This document shows positions 32,654 through 44,866 of a DNA stretch of 64,000 bases, in pieces. Both the position numbers and the translations under genes were made by a program. The stretch is taken from positions 75,803 through 139,802 of the forward strand of contig JAANOX010000059.1 in assembly GCA_020184695.1 (NCBI GenBank). The letters run 5' to 3'. Position 1 is the first letter of the stretch. Every line of letters starts with the position of its first letter. Source of the DNA: Histomonas meleagridis 2922-C6/04-290x. Its lineage: Eukaryota; Protista; Parabasalia. The notes under the pieces are model-generated. The model was not told the origin of the DNA, made no database searches, and saw only the letters and a list, made by a program, of their open reading frames with translations.

Positions 32654-33814
32654 TTATGGGTTTGTAAAATGATACATCTCGTAAAGGTCACTTCTCGCAT
32701 GGCAAAATGCTAGTGCTGTATCCACAGATATTTTGAATATTGGTGCAGGTTCATGAAACCTCGATCCCATTACACTTACGAGTGCTCTCTGTGCTGGTGA
32801 GTACACAGCAGATGTTGAGTGTTCTCTTGGTAACATGAAAAGGCCCGAATTATTAACAATTCCGTCACTTATTGATAAAGTATTATTATCAGGACGCACA
32901 TGAAATGCAAACCACCACTGACGTTTAACATCAAGTGCAAATATGTGCATAAATCTTTGGCTCGATTCACCTCCAACGAGGAAAATATACTCATCGCCAG
33001 CAATTAGTGTGGCATGTGGTAAGTTTGCAGAAGGCTCTGTACCAGTACAAGGGAAAGGCTCGAAATGACATGTAGAGGGATCAAATGTACTCATTGGTGT
33101 TCCTGATGATCCAAATATGAAATACTTCCCCTGGAAAAAACAAAAAGCAGGGGCTGCTATCCCGGTCTGTGAGGTTGATGCTTTCTGCCAAACACCTTCT
33201 GTGATGTCAATTCGATATAAGCCATTATGAATTCGGCCATCATAACCAGCCCAAAGAAAGAGATATTTGTCAGAGGTAAATAGAGCTGGATTGATACGAG
33301 CTGGTGGAAGTGTTCCTGTGACTGGAATATCATGAACAGACCCATCATCTAAATTGATACAATGAAGATCAGAAAAGAATTGTCCATTTGCAGCACCGCC
33401 AAAAATAACCATGTTGCGTCCCATTAAACAAGCAGAACAATATTGCCGAGGCTCATGAAGTTGTCTATTAATAAGGCGCCATTTCATGGTTCCCAAATTC
33501 AAAGCCCAACAATCATTAAGACAAACACTATTTGGATCCGAACCATATGCAATAACTATAGAATCTGTAACTGGATCGTAAACATGACATTGACCTATTC
33601 GTGGTATTGGAGAAATTCCACTTGATAAATGCATTGACCACTTTCCATAATAAGCAGTGTTCATTAATTGTGTTGGTCTTTCTTTAATTAAATCAGGTTT
33701 AAAACTTGATGTGTAATTTGCTTCGGTACGTTGCGAAGTTACTGGTGTATACTGAAATGAGTCATACGTTTTAGCATATGTCTGTTTGTCTGCTTGACTG
33801 GTTTCGTTTCCCAT
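32654..33814 (-). CDS. Kelch-repeat protein with a likely N-myristoylation site
   Basis: MGNETS start; IFGG, LWAGY, IFGS, LVGG kelch motifs. Confidence 0.88.
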   Translation of the reverse strand: MGNETSQADKQTYAKTYDSFQYTPVTSQRTEANYTSSFKPDLIKERPTQLMNTAYYGKWSMHLSSGISPIPRIGQCHVYDPVTDSIVIAYGSDPNSVCLNDCWALNLGTMKWRLINRQLHEPRQYCSACLMGRNMVIFGGAANGQFFSDLHCINLDDGSVHDIPVTGTLPPARINPALFTSDKYLFLWAGYDGRIHNGLYRIDITEGVWQKASTSQTGIAAPAFCFFQGKYFIFGSSGTPMSTFDPSTCHFEPFPCTGTEPSANLPHATLIAGDEYIFLVGGESSQRFMHIFALDVKRQWWFAFHVRPDNNTLSISDGIVNNSGLFMLPREHSTSAVYSPAQRALVSVMGSRFHEPAPIFKISVDTALAFCHARSDLYEMYHFTNP

Positions 33815-34016
33815 TTTTATTTATAAATTTTGAATGAACGGCTGACATGTTACATGAAATAGTTAAACAAAAAGTCGATTTCAGATGCAAATGACCTGAT
33901 TGAATTTAAATTTGATAACAACTATAGACCATAAATAGAGAAAATTCCATTTTGATTATTTTGCAAGCTCTATGATTTCCTTAATATATATTTATGAAGA
34001 GGATCATTTAAACAAT

Positions 34017-35147
34017 TTAAGATACTTTATTAACAACAACAAAATCTTCAACTTTAAAATCATTAACAGGTTCAACATACTGAATAAGACTTAACATGAA
34101 TTTCTCTGCAAAATGTCTCATCTCTTCAACACTCTTCTTGAAGTCATGTAATAAAAAAATACTCCAAAAATGTGGAGATCGACTGAAGAAGTCATTCTTC
34201 ACAAGAACTTGTGGCATGAAGAAAAACATATGATCTTCCAAACGTACTGATATGTCGCAAATACGATTTGTTTTGTCTTGGATATCATATGCCTTACAAA
34301 TCATTGTAATAAACTTTTTCTCATGTTTTTCAGGAACATCACCAAAAAATCGATGTGTGGCTAAATCAAGAACAATCCATCCGACAATACCATTTTGCTT
34401 ATTCACAACAGGTGGAACTTTCTCAATTTGTTCAAGTGAAGAAATGTGTTGACGAAGGGATTGTGGGATGGACGATGAAATTTCATTCAAAAGATTAAAC
34501 GTACTCCCGCAGACGATAGCTAATTTCATTGTTTTAAAGAGAAGAACAACAACAACTCGTTCAATGGTACCAGATTCTCTAATAAAGATCTGGTCAGTGA
34601 ACGGTGCTTCACTGTTTCGTGTTAAGAGATCAACTGCATGTAATTCTTGTTTCGTCATCTTCCAAAACCAACTACTGGCAGCAACAATCATGTTCTGAGA
34701 ATACAGAGCATAAACTTTCGTGGATTTGAGAAAGCTAAGATCTTGAATAATTGGTTCAGCTGCAAGTGCTGATTTTGGTGCATGTGGATAATAACGTGGG
34801 GCTCCAAATAAATTATGAAGGTGGATTCCACTCATATGAATAGGACGAAGAAAATTATTTTCGAAAGAGTCAACCATTACACATTGTGATCTTTGCATAC
34901 AATAAATTGCATATGCTGGATATGAGTTACGCCCTATATAAATCATAATTTCATCTGATTTTAGCATTGGAAATATTGAAATTGTTTTGCCAGAAGGGGA
35001 AGTAATTGTGTGTTTTGAATGACAAACATCTAAAAATTTTTGTACAGCTGCCCATAATTGAGCAGCAGATTTATCTAGAGCTTTCCCGTCACTGGAATAT
35101 GCGGCTTTGCAATTTCCACTGTCTTCAAAATAATAAATTTCATCCAT
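34017..35147 (-). CDS. Hypothetical protein (possibly longin-domain, CCZ1/HPS4-like)
   Basis: ~376 aa ORF from MDEIYYFED; family call is weak. Confidence 0.6.
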   Translation of the reverse strand: MDEIYYFEDSGNCKAAYSSDGKALDKSAAQLWAAVQKFLDVCHSKHTITSPSGKTISIFPMLKSDEIMIYIGRNSYPAYAIYCMQRSQCVMVDSFENNFLRPIHMSGIHLHNLFGAPRYYPHAPKSALAAEPIIQDLSFLKSTKVYALYSQNMIVAASSWFWKMTKQELHAVDLLTRNSEAPFTDQIFIRESGTIERVVVVLLFKTMKLAIVCGSTFNLLNEISSSIPQSLRQHISSLEQIEKVPPVVNKQNGIVGWIVLDLATHRFFGDVPEKHEKKFITMICKAYDIQDKTNRICDISVRLEDHMFFFMPQVLVKNDFFSRSPHFWSIFLLHDFKKSVEEMRHFAEKFMLSLIQYVEPVNDFKVEDFVVVNKVS

Positions 35148-35405
35148 TAATTGGATTACGTTTAATATTTTGGTCACTTTTCCTTTAGTATTGCGGTTAT
35201 CGGTTGAAAAACCAGTTTTTTATTTGAAAATAAACGTCCTCAACTTTTTAAAAAGTTTATGCGTTCGACTTTTTATACCATTAATGGAAAAGTGAATTCA
35301 AATGATAATACCAAAGGCAATCATAAAAAAGGTTTAACAAATTGCATAATGTTTTAATTTCTGTCAGAAAGAAATAAAATTGAAGTGTTCTAATGAAAAC
35401 TGTTT

Positions 35406-36161
35406 TTATTCCTGAATAAGTGGTGGTGGAAGTCTTTCCACAATTTCTTGTCTCTGTTCAGCAGTATAAATTTCGAACATTCCCGTTGAGGCTCTGGCGC
35501 ATGCGACTTCAATATTATTTTCGCTTAATTTTTCCTGAATAACTTGTCTAAGAGTTGACAATGCAAGGTCTTCTGCCTCTTTGAGCGTAAGACCGTCATG
35601 GTAAGATTCACGGAGAATAGCTTCTGCACCTTCGCTACCTCCGCCAATTGCTCGAGCGCGACATTTAGTATATGTTCCGCTTGGATCAGTATGATAAAGA
35701 TATGGTTTTCCATCTTCTACTCCGGAAACAAGAAGAGCTGTTCCAAATGGACGTGACATTTGCCCCTCGCGTTTCTTTTTCCTTCCTTCTCCGAATGAAA
35801 GTGCTAAATCACAAACAGATTCGGTAACTGCATGAATACCAATTGGTTCACCAAATGAAAATCGATGATTTTGAGCTGCCACACGCATGTGATCAACCAT
35901 TGTTCTACCGTCTGCTGTGAGTCCTGCCATTACAACACCAATATGATCATCAATGGCATAAACTTTTTCTACTGATGATGGGATTAAAAGTGGTGACGAA
36001 AGTCTTTTTTCGACAGCAAATACAACACCTTCTGGGCAGAGAATTGCGATTGCTGATGAACCAAGTTTTACAGCTTCATTTGCATACTCGACTTGAAGAA
36101 GACGACCATCAGGACTGAATGTGTTAACATTACGATCATACTCAGAAGAACTTTGGAACAT
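35406..36161 (-). CDS. PSMA5: 20S proteasome subunit alpha-5
   Basis: EYDRNVNTFSPDGRLLQVEYA, GQMSRPFG, RAIGGGSEGA. Confidence 0.95.
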   Translation of the reverse strand: MFQSSSEYDRNVNTFSPDGRLLQVEYANEAVKLGSSAIAILCPEGVVFAVEKRLSSPLLIPSSVEKVYAIDDHIGVVMAGLTADGRTMVDHMRVAAQNHRFSFGEPIGIHAVTESVCDLALSFGEGRKKKREGQMSRPFGTALLVSGVEDGKPYLYHTDPSGTYTKCRARAIGGGSEGAEAILRESYHDGLTLKEAEDLALSTLRQVIQEKLSENNIEVACARASTGMFEIYTAEQRQEIVERLPPPLIQE

Positions 36162-36247
36162 TTTTTCAAGAATAAAAAGCAGACAATTTTTCAAGTAAGT
36201 CTGTTTGAACAACCAAATTAAAACGACCGTTTATTTGCAAATTTTTT

Positions 36248-39046
36248 TTAAATAAACATAGGATCAACAATATTAATGTTAACATGAGGCACGCGTGCAA
36301 TTTCCCTATTCTTTCTGCACAACAATATACCAACTACTACTAAAATTACTATAACCAAAACGCATGGCAATACAACACATAGGATTATTTTCGTGATATC
36401 TGATGAATCATATGATATGTAATTTCTGCATTTATTTTTCACTGTCTTAAAATTGATGGATACGCCCTTCCATAAATCATCTTCACAACTCGTTCCATTG
36501 CAATCATTTTTATAATTCTCATAAGAATCTTCAGTTGGAAGACAAATACTTAAAACAGTCGTATCATCAAATATGTTTTCACTAAAGTTTTGTGGAGGGT
36601 TAGAAGGAAATAAAATAACACTTAAGTTTGTACATCCGCTAAAAATATGTGAAGAAGAAACTGGAACAGTGGATAAACTTGTCATATTTAAGAGCCGCAA
36701 GTTAACACACCCTGCGAATTGATAATCACCAGTAATAGTGATAACAGTAGAGAGTGATATATTTACCAGCGATGTACAATCTTTAAAACAATATGCTGGG
36801 AGTTGTGCAAGAGAATTTAACGTGACATTAACAAGTTTGGTACACCCCAAAAATGCATATTCAGTAATTTTTGAACAGTCTAAATCAACTGTGGTAAGAG
36901 AAGTACAATATTCAAATGTATTTGATCCGATGATATACGTTGATTTAGAAAACGAAATACTAGTAAGAGATGAACAATGAGAAAATTCATAGCCGGATGA
37001 AGATTGACTCATTTCTCCAAAATTTGGAGCATATATTTTTTTCAGAGAAGTACAATTATAAAACATATAACCATTTGAAGTTGTAAGACGACGAAGAGAT
37101 ACATATTGAATACTCGTCATGTTACTGAAAAGATTTGTTGGTACTGTTTCAATGAAATCCATATAAATCTGTTTTAATGAACTACAATTTATAGCAATTG
37201 GACCTCTATCAATCATTGATACGCGACTTAAATTTAATATTTCAAGCGAAATACAATTAACAAATGCAGTGTCTCCTATGTAACTTGCATTTGGCAATGT
37301 AATATTTTTAACTTGATTACATTCAAAGATAAGATTATTACCGATTAATTCAAGTGCTGGTAAATAAATTGTTTGAATTTTATTACATTTATAAAATAAA
37401 TTTGATTCAAAACATTCAAGTTTTGGTAATGAAACATTAATTAAATTATCACAATGCATAAATGCATAAAAACCAATTCTGCTAAGTTTTGGTAATTCTA
37501 TTTCTGTTATTTTATTACAATTAATTAAAAAATAATTTTTAATAATTGTAACATTTGGTAAACTAATGCTTTCAACAATTTCATTAGCAAGCGTAAACGC
37601 ATTTGAACCAATATTAAGTAAAGAAGGAAATTCAAAGTGAGTAATATTAAGTGGTGTCATAAAGTCATCTTGAGCGTATTTTAGGTTTGGTAAGTTGAGA
37701 TATGATATTTTTTCTGAATGTAAAAATGGATAAATTCCAACTGACTCAAGCATAGGTAAAGTAATATTAATTAGATTTGTAATATTTGCAAATGCATAAT
37801 TAGAACAATTTTCAAGTTGAGGAAAATATATTTCTTTAAGATTTTTGCATTCACAAAATGCTCTTTCCCCACAATATTTAAGATTTGGTAATGATATAAT
37901 TTCAACTTCTGTTTCTGAAAATGCGTAATTCCCAATATATTCACATTCTGGAAATGATAATTTATTGTTAATATTGGTATTATAAATTTTAATTTTTGAA
38001 AAAGCGTAATCATCAATATATTTAATATTAAGTTCAGAGAAATCTTCACTTGGAATTATACATTGCTCAAACGCATGTTTTCCAATTGTCCTAACATTCT
38101 TTACTCCAATTGAAAATGATTGGGTAAAGCCTGTAAATAAATAATCAGGAATATGAACTAATTTAGATATGATAATCACCTCCAAAGAAATACAGTTTTG
38201 AAGAAAAGGACCACCAGCATATGTGAGTGTTTCTAAATGAAACTCTACTAAATTGATGTTGGTTGAAAATGCTCCTTCTGAAATATTCCTAACTTTTGGG
38301 ACTTTTACATCGGATAATGAAAAACAGTATTCAAATGCATATTTTCCAATTGTGATTACATTTGGTAAATTAATACTTTCAATAGAGCCGCAATGAGAAA
38401 ACATATAATTTGAAATATGTTCAATTTCTTCAAAATTTATTGAAGGAATACAACTACAATGCATAAACGCCATTTCACCACTGTTTTTTAACTTCGGAAG
38501 AAAAACGTTTTTAAGAGATAAACATCCATAGAATGCATTTGGTGGAATTTCTGTGACATTTGGAAGTATTAAGGTTTCGAGATTTTGGCAAAATTGAAAA
38601 GCGTAATTGCCAATATACGCGATAGTAGGCGAATCAAATGTAATCAAAACATTATTCCCCTTAAATGCATTATCAGAAATATTTAATGTGTTACCAAAAT
38701 AAATATGTTCGAAAAATCGAAATACTGAATCAACCATATCAACATGTGCATCAACATTAAGAGTTTTAATATTAATAAAATCTATTAAATCATAAAATTC
38801 ATAAATATCAACAATTTCAACATTACTTGAAATTGAAATATTTATAACAGTGTCAACGAAGGTAAAATTATTGATTTCTCCAATTATAAGTTTCCCACTA
38901 AGAACATCCACTTCTGTAAAATTTGATACATTTGATAACGTTTGATTTATAAGCGCTTCATATAGGGTTTCTCCAGTTGCATGGATGTTTTTATTAACAA
39001 GGATTTCAAGAATCGATACACTAAAAAAAGGAAAAAGCAGAAACAT
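36248..39046 (-). CDS. BspA-like TpLRR surface protein
   Basis: Signal-like N-terminus, many LP..V..IG.YAF..C..L repeats, C-terminal TM IILCVVLPCVLVIVILVVVGILLC, short cytosolic tail. Confidence 0.93.
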   Translation of the reverse strand: MFLLFPFFSVSILEILVNKNIHATGETLYEALINQTLSNVSNFTEVDVLSGKLIIGEINNFTFVDTVINISISSNVEIVDIYEFYDLIDFINIKTLNVDAHVDMVDSVFRFFEHIYFGNTLNISDNAFKGNNVLITFDSPTIAYIGNYAFQFCQNLETLILPNVTEIPPNAFYGCLSLKNVFLPKLKNSGEMAFMHCSCIPSINFEEIEHISNYMFSHCGSIESINLPNVITIGKYAFEYCFSLSDVKVPKVRNISEGAFSTNINLVEFHLETLTYAGGPFLQNCISLEVIIISKLVHIPDYLFTGFTQSFSIGVKNVRTIGKHAFEQCIIPSEDFSELNIKYIDDYAFSKIKIYNTNINNKLSFPECEYIGNYAFSETEVEIISLPNLKYCGERAFCECKNLKEIYFPQLENCSNYAFANITNLINITLPMLESVGIYPFLHSEKISYLNLPNLKYAQDDFMTPLNITHFEFPSLLNIGSNAFTLANEIVESISLPNVTIIKNYFLINCNKITEIELPKLSRIGFYAFMHCDNLINVSLPKLECFESNLFYKCNKIQTIYLPALELIGNNLIFECNQVKNITLPNASYIGDTAFVNCISLEILNLSRVSMIDRGPIAINCSSLKQIYMDFIETVPTNLFSNMTSIQYVSLRRLTTSNGYMFYNCTSLKKIYAPNFGEMSQSSSGYEFSHCSSLTSISFSKSTYIIGSNTFEYCTSLTTVDLDCSKITEYAFLGCTKLVNVTLNSLAQLPAYCFKDCTSLVNISLSTVITITGDYQFAGCVNLRLLNMTSLSTVPVSSSHIFSGCTNLSVILFPSNPPQNFSENIFDDTTVLSICLPTEDSYENYKNDCNGTSCEDDLWKGVSINFKTVKNKCRNYISYDSSDITKIILCVVLPCVLVIVILVVVGILLCRKNREIARVPHVNINIVDPMFI

Positions 39047-39510
39047 TCTTGGAAAATTGACGGTTTTTTATGTATAAAATATTGAATATCCAGGGTTTAC
39101 AACCAACTTTCATCATCGGAATTTAGCGCTACCATTGTTTGTGTAATGTCAGAAAAGTGACAAAATTTGATGTTTTCCCTAAAAATTCAAAGTTTTTTTT
39201 TTAATTAGAACTACACTTATCCATCTTTATATATCTTATTTTTAACTTTTAACAAGAAACTTAATTGTGATTAATATTTCCCAATATACATTGTAAAATT
39301 AGCAAGAAAAGTGGCAATAGTACCAAACAAAGAATTATTGAATTATGAAAAATAAAGTTAATTATTAAATTAAGTGCTTGATAAGATTTATGATGAAATT
39401 CATAATGAAAAACTAAACAATTTTGTTGTTTTATTCAAAAATTAAGTTATATGTGAAAAGCAAAATTATTTTATTTTTGATGTTTTTCTAATTTTTATTC
39501 TTATTATTCA

Positions 39511-40800
39511 TTAAATATCCATTTGGCTATTTATTTCAACTGCTTTGGATGTTCTTCACTTTTTCGATATTTGTGTTCGAATACAAATTAATGACATAGT
39601 GATTAATAAAACAACAGTAACTACACCTGTAGAAACTCCAACGCCAATATAAACAGTTGTATAAACTGTTTTATTGCTATTTTTGCATTATCATTTCCAG
39701 GTATATAAAAATCAGTATAAGATGTGAAATAATTAGAATAAATTGTAGCCGTATAATAATAAGATATAATTAATGTTGTGACATATGTAAATGTTTAATT
39801 AATTTCTGTAAAAATAAATGAATTTGTATATGAAGTGTAATTACTTAATGATTGTGTAAATGATAAAACACATGAAGTAACAAATGAATGTGATAAAGAT
39901 ATGTCAGATGAAATTGTATTAGTATTATACGAAGAAAATGTATTTGATTGTGTAAATGTATTTGTTTCAGTTAACAAATTAATTGGGGTTTTTCTTGGAA
40001 ACTTTAATAAATTATAGGTTTTCACAACAAAGAAATGGATTTTTTGATATTGAAGAAACTGTACTTGAAATTGTAATAGCTTTAAGTTTCTCGCATTTGT
40101 AAAACATTAAAGATCCAATTGTTTGAACACCTTCATTGAAACAGACAATTTCAAGGCAAGTACAACCAGAAAACACATATGATCCAATTTTTGTAAGAGC
40201 AATATTAAATGTTAGATTTTTTAATGACGAACAATCTCTAAAAGCATCTGATTCAATGCTTGTTATGTTTTTTCCAAATGAAATATTTTCCATGAAATAA
40301 CAATAAGCAAATGCACTTTCTCCAATTGAAATGACTGTTTCTGGTATTTTAAATATTGTAGATAACTGTCCATATGGATAAAATATGAGTTTCATTCATG
40401 TTAACATTTTTATCATATAAAATTCCATCATCATCATAATAATTGGGATGATCCTTGGAAACATTTATAGATATCAGTTCATAACATCTAATAAAAGGAT
40501 TTTTTAATAATGTTGAAACTGTACTAGTACAGTAAAATCATAATTCCCAATTTCTTTTATCCCTTCCCCAAATGAAACATTTTTCGGTAAAATACATGAA
40601 TCAAATGCATTTCCTCCAATAGAAGCTACTGAATTATTAATTACAACAGTAAGTAATGATATCCAATCTCTAAAAGCTTGACTTGGAATTGTAGTTATTC
40701 CATTTGAAATGACAATATTGTCATGCTTTGCATAGCTTTTGTATCGTTGTGTAAATTCACTTGCAATCGTAATTAATGTTGACGTTTCCCAATCGAATTT
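39511..40800 (-). pseudogene. Fragmented BspA-like gene
   Basis: TpLRRs (ISIGESAFAYC, TSIESDAFRDCSSLKN), DGILYDK/LIFYP motif, T.S..F stalk, TM YIGVGVSTGVVTVVLLITMSLICI; multiple stops and frameshifts. Confidence 0.78.
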
Positions 40801-41223
40801 TTGCAGCGAATGAGAAAAAAAGAAAATAAATAAAAAGAAAATATATTTAATATTTATTTTTCCTTTGATTTGATGAGAATGTAATATTATAATTATTTGA
40901 AAAGAATCAAAAAGAACAAAAAAATACGAAAAGAAATAAGAATTTTTTTTTCTCATTGATTTTATGAAATTATTCTGAATTACATTATGTATATGTATAA
41001 ATATCATATCGCCAATATTGCATTAAAAATAAATTTAGAGTATTGCTTTTCCTTAAGCCCAAAGTGTCAGATTTGATACAAATTTCATAAGTTAACGGGC
41101 GCGCGTGTTGAGCTCAACTAAAAGCTTTTATGCGACATGTGACATGAATACAGCAAAAATGATGTTTTATTTACAAAAATATTAACATGCTAAGTTTTAT
41201 CTCAACTGACTTTGCTAATATTG

Positions 41224-41670
41224 CTAATTTGAATCTATTTGGAAAAATCCGTTTTCATTAAAGCTGATTCCATTTTTTTCATTTGGAGACGACATAGTTT
41301 TAACTGATTTGTATTTCCGAACAAGCAAATTAAGTAAGGGTTGGTCATTTAATGGAACAATTTCAAGATTGTGAGCAAGAAATTCTCTGTTCATTTGATC
41401 TTTTGGCTGACCTGTCTCATTTAAAAAAACAGATTCGGAGTGAACCATTCCGTTTGCATGAAAGTATTCACGTATTAATTCGTTAATAATTAGATTTTCT
41501 TGACAAAGTGGGATATTTCGTTGATCCACATTTTCTTTAATAAGTAAATTATAAATTTCTGTTCTAATTTCAGCTGCAATTTTTCCTAAATCTCCATTCT
41601 TTTTTAGTGCTGATATTAATGTTTTCTTGAGATTGCATTCATTCATTAAATGTACGTTTATTAAAGACAT
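41224..41670 (-). CDS. FOR20/FOPNL-like LisH basal-body protein
   Basis: LKKTLISALKKNGDLGKIAAEIRTEIYNLL and LIINELIREYF...HSESVFLNETGQP. Confidence 0.72.
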   Translation of the reverse strand: MSLINVHLMNECNLKKTLISALKKNGDLGKIAAEIRTEIYNLLIKENVDQRNIPLCQENLIINELIREYFHANGMVHSESVFLNETGQPKDQMNREFLAHNLEIVPLNDQPLLNLLVRKYKSVKTMSSPNEKNGISFNENGFFQIDSN

Positions 41671-42166
41671 TTGACCTGAAATAAAAAAAATTGTACATGT
41701 TTTTTGAATGAAGATAAACTACTGTAAACAAGGATCTAAAAAGAATTGATTTTAATGATAAAATAATGTTTTTTTCAAAATAATTTAAAATAATTGTAAG
41801 TAGCATGTGTTTATATTTTCAATTGAAATAGTCAAAACTTTCTTGTTTATCAAATTAAATGTATACAACATGGTTTTACATATTATGTTGTCCAATAAAA
41901 GCTATTTTAAAGTAAAATTAACAGATATGAAGATAAAAATTGACTTATTCACTACGTTGATATTTTTCTGCCATGATTAAAAATATAAAATGTTGAACCA
42001 AGTATAGGATGAAACTTTAAATACAATGAATTTAAGATGGTGGATTACAAAAGTTGTATAAAAAGTTTTTTCCAGAAAGATTTTTGATAAGAAAATTGAT
42101 ATATTTATATTTCATCGTCCAAAAAAAATTTCTTTCAAATTTGTGGCGGGAGAAAAAAGAATCAAA

Positions 42167-44866
42167 ATGCAGAAAGAATCAAACAGTGGTTTGTCAAGGG
42201 TAGAAAAAGATCAGGTGTTGAAGTTAGCACCAAGGTATCAAAGGAAAATTCATATGTCATTTCATGGATCTATTCAAAACGATAAACTTAAAGATGATAA
42301 CGCAATTATCCTTCTTACAGAACATTTTGTTGTAATTATTATACAAAACCAAAAGGATAGGGTGCTAGAAGTTCTATATTCTATTCATTTCTTTTCAATA
42401 TCTTTTGTTGAAATCATTGATTCGGAAACAATAATGATTGAATCACAATCCTGCGGGAAATTGCATATAAAATCAAAAGATTGTGTTATGTTTGCACGGA
42501 ATCTTTCAAAAAATTATGCAGTTGCTTCGTCATTACTTCCTGATCGTCATCGGTGGAAAGTTGTTACTCGTAAAAAAGGCAAAATAGGACGCCTTGAACC
42601 ATTAATGTCATTTTCTCAACGTTTTCAATTTACTTATAATGCATATTGTTCATTTTATAAAGTCAGATATAATCATCCAATTGTGAAATACATCCATAAT
42701 TTACTTCAAGCCCATAATCCTTTTTTCGATTCCAAACAACTTCCGACACATATTGTTGATTCAAATCTTGGTAGTGCAGCTGATTTTCAACCAGTTGCAT
42801 CATCTCTAAAATATTTTCCATATATTCAATCATTTTCATTGAACCATATTTCCAGTAAAAACATTATCTCTGCTATTTCGTCATTAGTTATCTCAAATGA
42901 AAACATTAAAATCATAAGTCTTGTTGATGTTGGCGCAACAAATGGGTGTAACAAATTATCAAATGCAATTAAACATTCGAAGAAAAACTCAATTTTGTTT
43001 TGGGATCTTAGTGACAATGTAATTGAAGATATTAATGATTTTACTACTTCATTAATTAAATATAAATCAACTTTATATGGATTAAGATTAAACAATGTAC
43101 AAATGAATGAGTTAGCAATAACAAATCTTTTCCAAAGTTTAACAAATAATAAAAATCTTCATGAAATTAAAGAATTAAGTTTAGTTGGTAATAAAATATC
43201 AAAAAATAATTGTCAAAATATAAGGAAATGGATTAAAACATTAAAAAGTAATAAGAAATTCTATTTGCAACATTTATCACTTGGACCTTTATCTAAGCCG
43301 CCACTTATTACTGATTTAATTGATGGATGTAATCAACCATTAACTGTTGTACGTATTGTAGACAGTAAGTTAACAGATGATTCATTATATGATATTTCAA
43401 GATTTCTTTTAAGAACTTCAACATTAAAAGAATTTGATATTTCTGGTTGTTCAATATCAAATAAAGCTTTTAGAAGTGTATTAAAAGCATTACAAGAAAA
43501 TACAAAAATTCAACAACTTTCATTAGGTTTAAATCGATTAAAACTTCATGGAAGTAAAATTAAAACATTAACTGAATTCTTATCTAAAGGACTTTCGAAT
43601 AAAATAGTCGAAATTCATATTGATAATAATGGAATTACTGATAAAGAATTAAATGAATTTATTGTAAATGTTCATGTTATGCATCAATTAAAGAAATTAT
43701 CAATTTCAGGAACTTTTGGTCATAAGAATCCAAATATTATTGAGACAATTCTTGCTTTATTAACATCTAAAACACTTGAAGTATTAACAATTAAAGGTAA
43801 TAGTAAAACATATTTAATGAATCAAGCAATACCAATATTATGTGGTTTGTTTGATAATAAAATAATAAAAAATATTAATTTTAGTCATAACAAAATTGGT
43901 GAAATTGGAGTAAAAACTGCTTCAAATTTAATAAGAGCAAATAATAATATTCAATCATTAGAAATCGATGGAAGTGGTGTAACAAATATCGAAACAATTT
44001 ATGATTATCTAGAAGCTTGTGCTCAAAGTAAATCATTATTAGAAGCTAAAGTTCCTAAAATTGATTTAGAAAATATCGTTTTAAATAAGACATTAAATGA
44101 AAAAAGTGATATATTAAATAAAATTGCTCAATTACAAGATAAAGTTAATCAAAACTTATTTAGAAATAGAAATAAATTTGGTATTCAATCAAGTTTATCA
44201 TTACAACAGAATCCAATAATTGATGAAATCATTGAATTGGCTGTCGAACAAAACAAGAAATTAATGGGAAATATGAACGTAAATGATTTAAATGATTTAT
44301 CAAAGTTATACGGTATTCCTCTTCCAACACAAACATTTTCAGATATTACCAATAGAGGAAGTGATTTTAATAAAGTAACAATGAATTCATTAAATAGCAT
44401 AGAATCAAATCGATTTAATTTCCAATCTGTTGATAATATTAAAAGTAAAAATAGAACAAAGAAAAATGATAAAAAATTGGAAGAAAATTATGACCCAGAA
44501 TTAAAACATACAAAGTTATCGGATGATGACAATAAGAAAAATAAAAATGTTAAAAAGAATAAAGAAAAGGAATCAGAAACAAGTGATGAAGAAACAGAAA
44601 CAGAAACAGAATTAGATGAAGAAAATACAGAAGAAAATGAAACTGATTCAGGTGAAGCAGAATCAAATGACCAAAACGAAACTGAGTCCAACAATGAGGA
44701 TACTGATGAAAGCACTGAAAATGATAGTGAAAGTGATACTGAAGTAAGTGATAAAGAGTCAAGTGAACATGAACAATATTCAGAAGATAGCGAAGCAGAC
44801 ACAAGCGATCAGGAAACAGAGCAAAGTTCGGATGAAACAGAGTCTGAGACAAGTGAATCTGAATAG
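42167..44866 (+). CDS. CARMIL/LRRC16-like LRR protein with acidic C-terminal tail
   Basis: PH-like N-terminus, FSQRFQFTYNAYCSFY linker, RI-type LRRs, E/S/D/T-rich tail; start moved to ATG 42167. Confidence 0.8.
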   Translation: MQKESNSGLSRVEKDQVLKLAPRYQRKIHMSFHGSIQNDKLKDDNAIILLTEHFVVIIIQNQKDRVLEVLYSIHFFSISFVEIIDSETIMIESQSCGKLHIKSKDCVMFARNLSKNYAVASSLLPDRHRWKVVTRKKGKIGRLEPLMSFSQRFQFTYNAYCSFYKVRYNHPIVKYIHNLLQAHNPFFDSKQLPTHIVDSNLGSAADFQPVASSLKYFPYIQSFSLNHISSKNIISAISSLVISNENIKIISLVDVGATNGCNKLSNAIKHSKKNSILFWDLSDNVIEDINDFTTSLIKYKSTLYGLRLNNVQMNELAITNLFQSLTNNKNLHEIKELSLVGNKISKNNCQNIRKWIKTLKSNKKFYLQHLSLGPLSKPPLITDLIDGCNQPLTVVRIVDSKLTDDSLYDISRFLLRTSTLKEFDISGCSISNKAFRSVLKALQENTKIQQLSLGLNRLKLHGSKIKTLTEFLSKGLSNKIVEIHIDNNGITDKELNEFIVNVHVMHQLKKLSISGTFGHKNPNIIETILALLTSKTLEVLTIKGNSKTYLMNQAIPILCGLFDNKIIKNINFSHNKIGEIGVKTASNLIRANNNIQSLEIDGSGVTNIETIYDYLEACAQSKSLLEAKVPKIDLENIVLNKTLNEKSDILNKIAQLQDKVNQNLFRNRNKFGIQSSLSLQQNPIIDEIIELAVEQNKKLMGNMNVNDLNDLSKLYGIPLPTQTFSDITNRGSDFNKVTMNSLNSIESNRFNFQSVDNIKSKNRTKKNDKKLEENYDPELKHTKLSDDDNKKNKNVKKNKEKESETSDEETETETELDEENTEENETDSGEAESNDQNETESNNEDTDESTENDSESDTEVSDKESSEHEQYSEDSEADTSDQETEQSSDETESETSESE

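Noticed and set aside
41676-41696. 21-nt GTACAA...TTTCAG mini-intron upstream of the FOR20-like gene
   Set aside because: No ACTAAC branch motif, and splicing does not yield the LisH reading frame.
1188-44866. Functional cluster of membrane-trafficking genes (Rab, Rho, TBC, BEACH, FKBP15, CARMIL)
   Set aside because: These families are hugely expanded in parabasalids, so co-occurrence is expected by chance.
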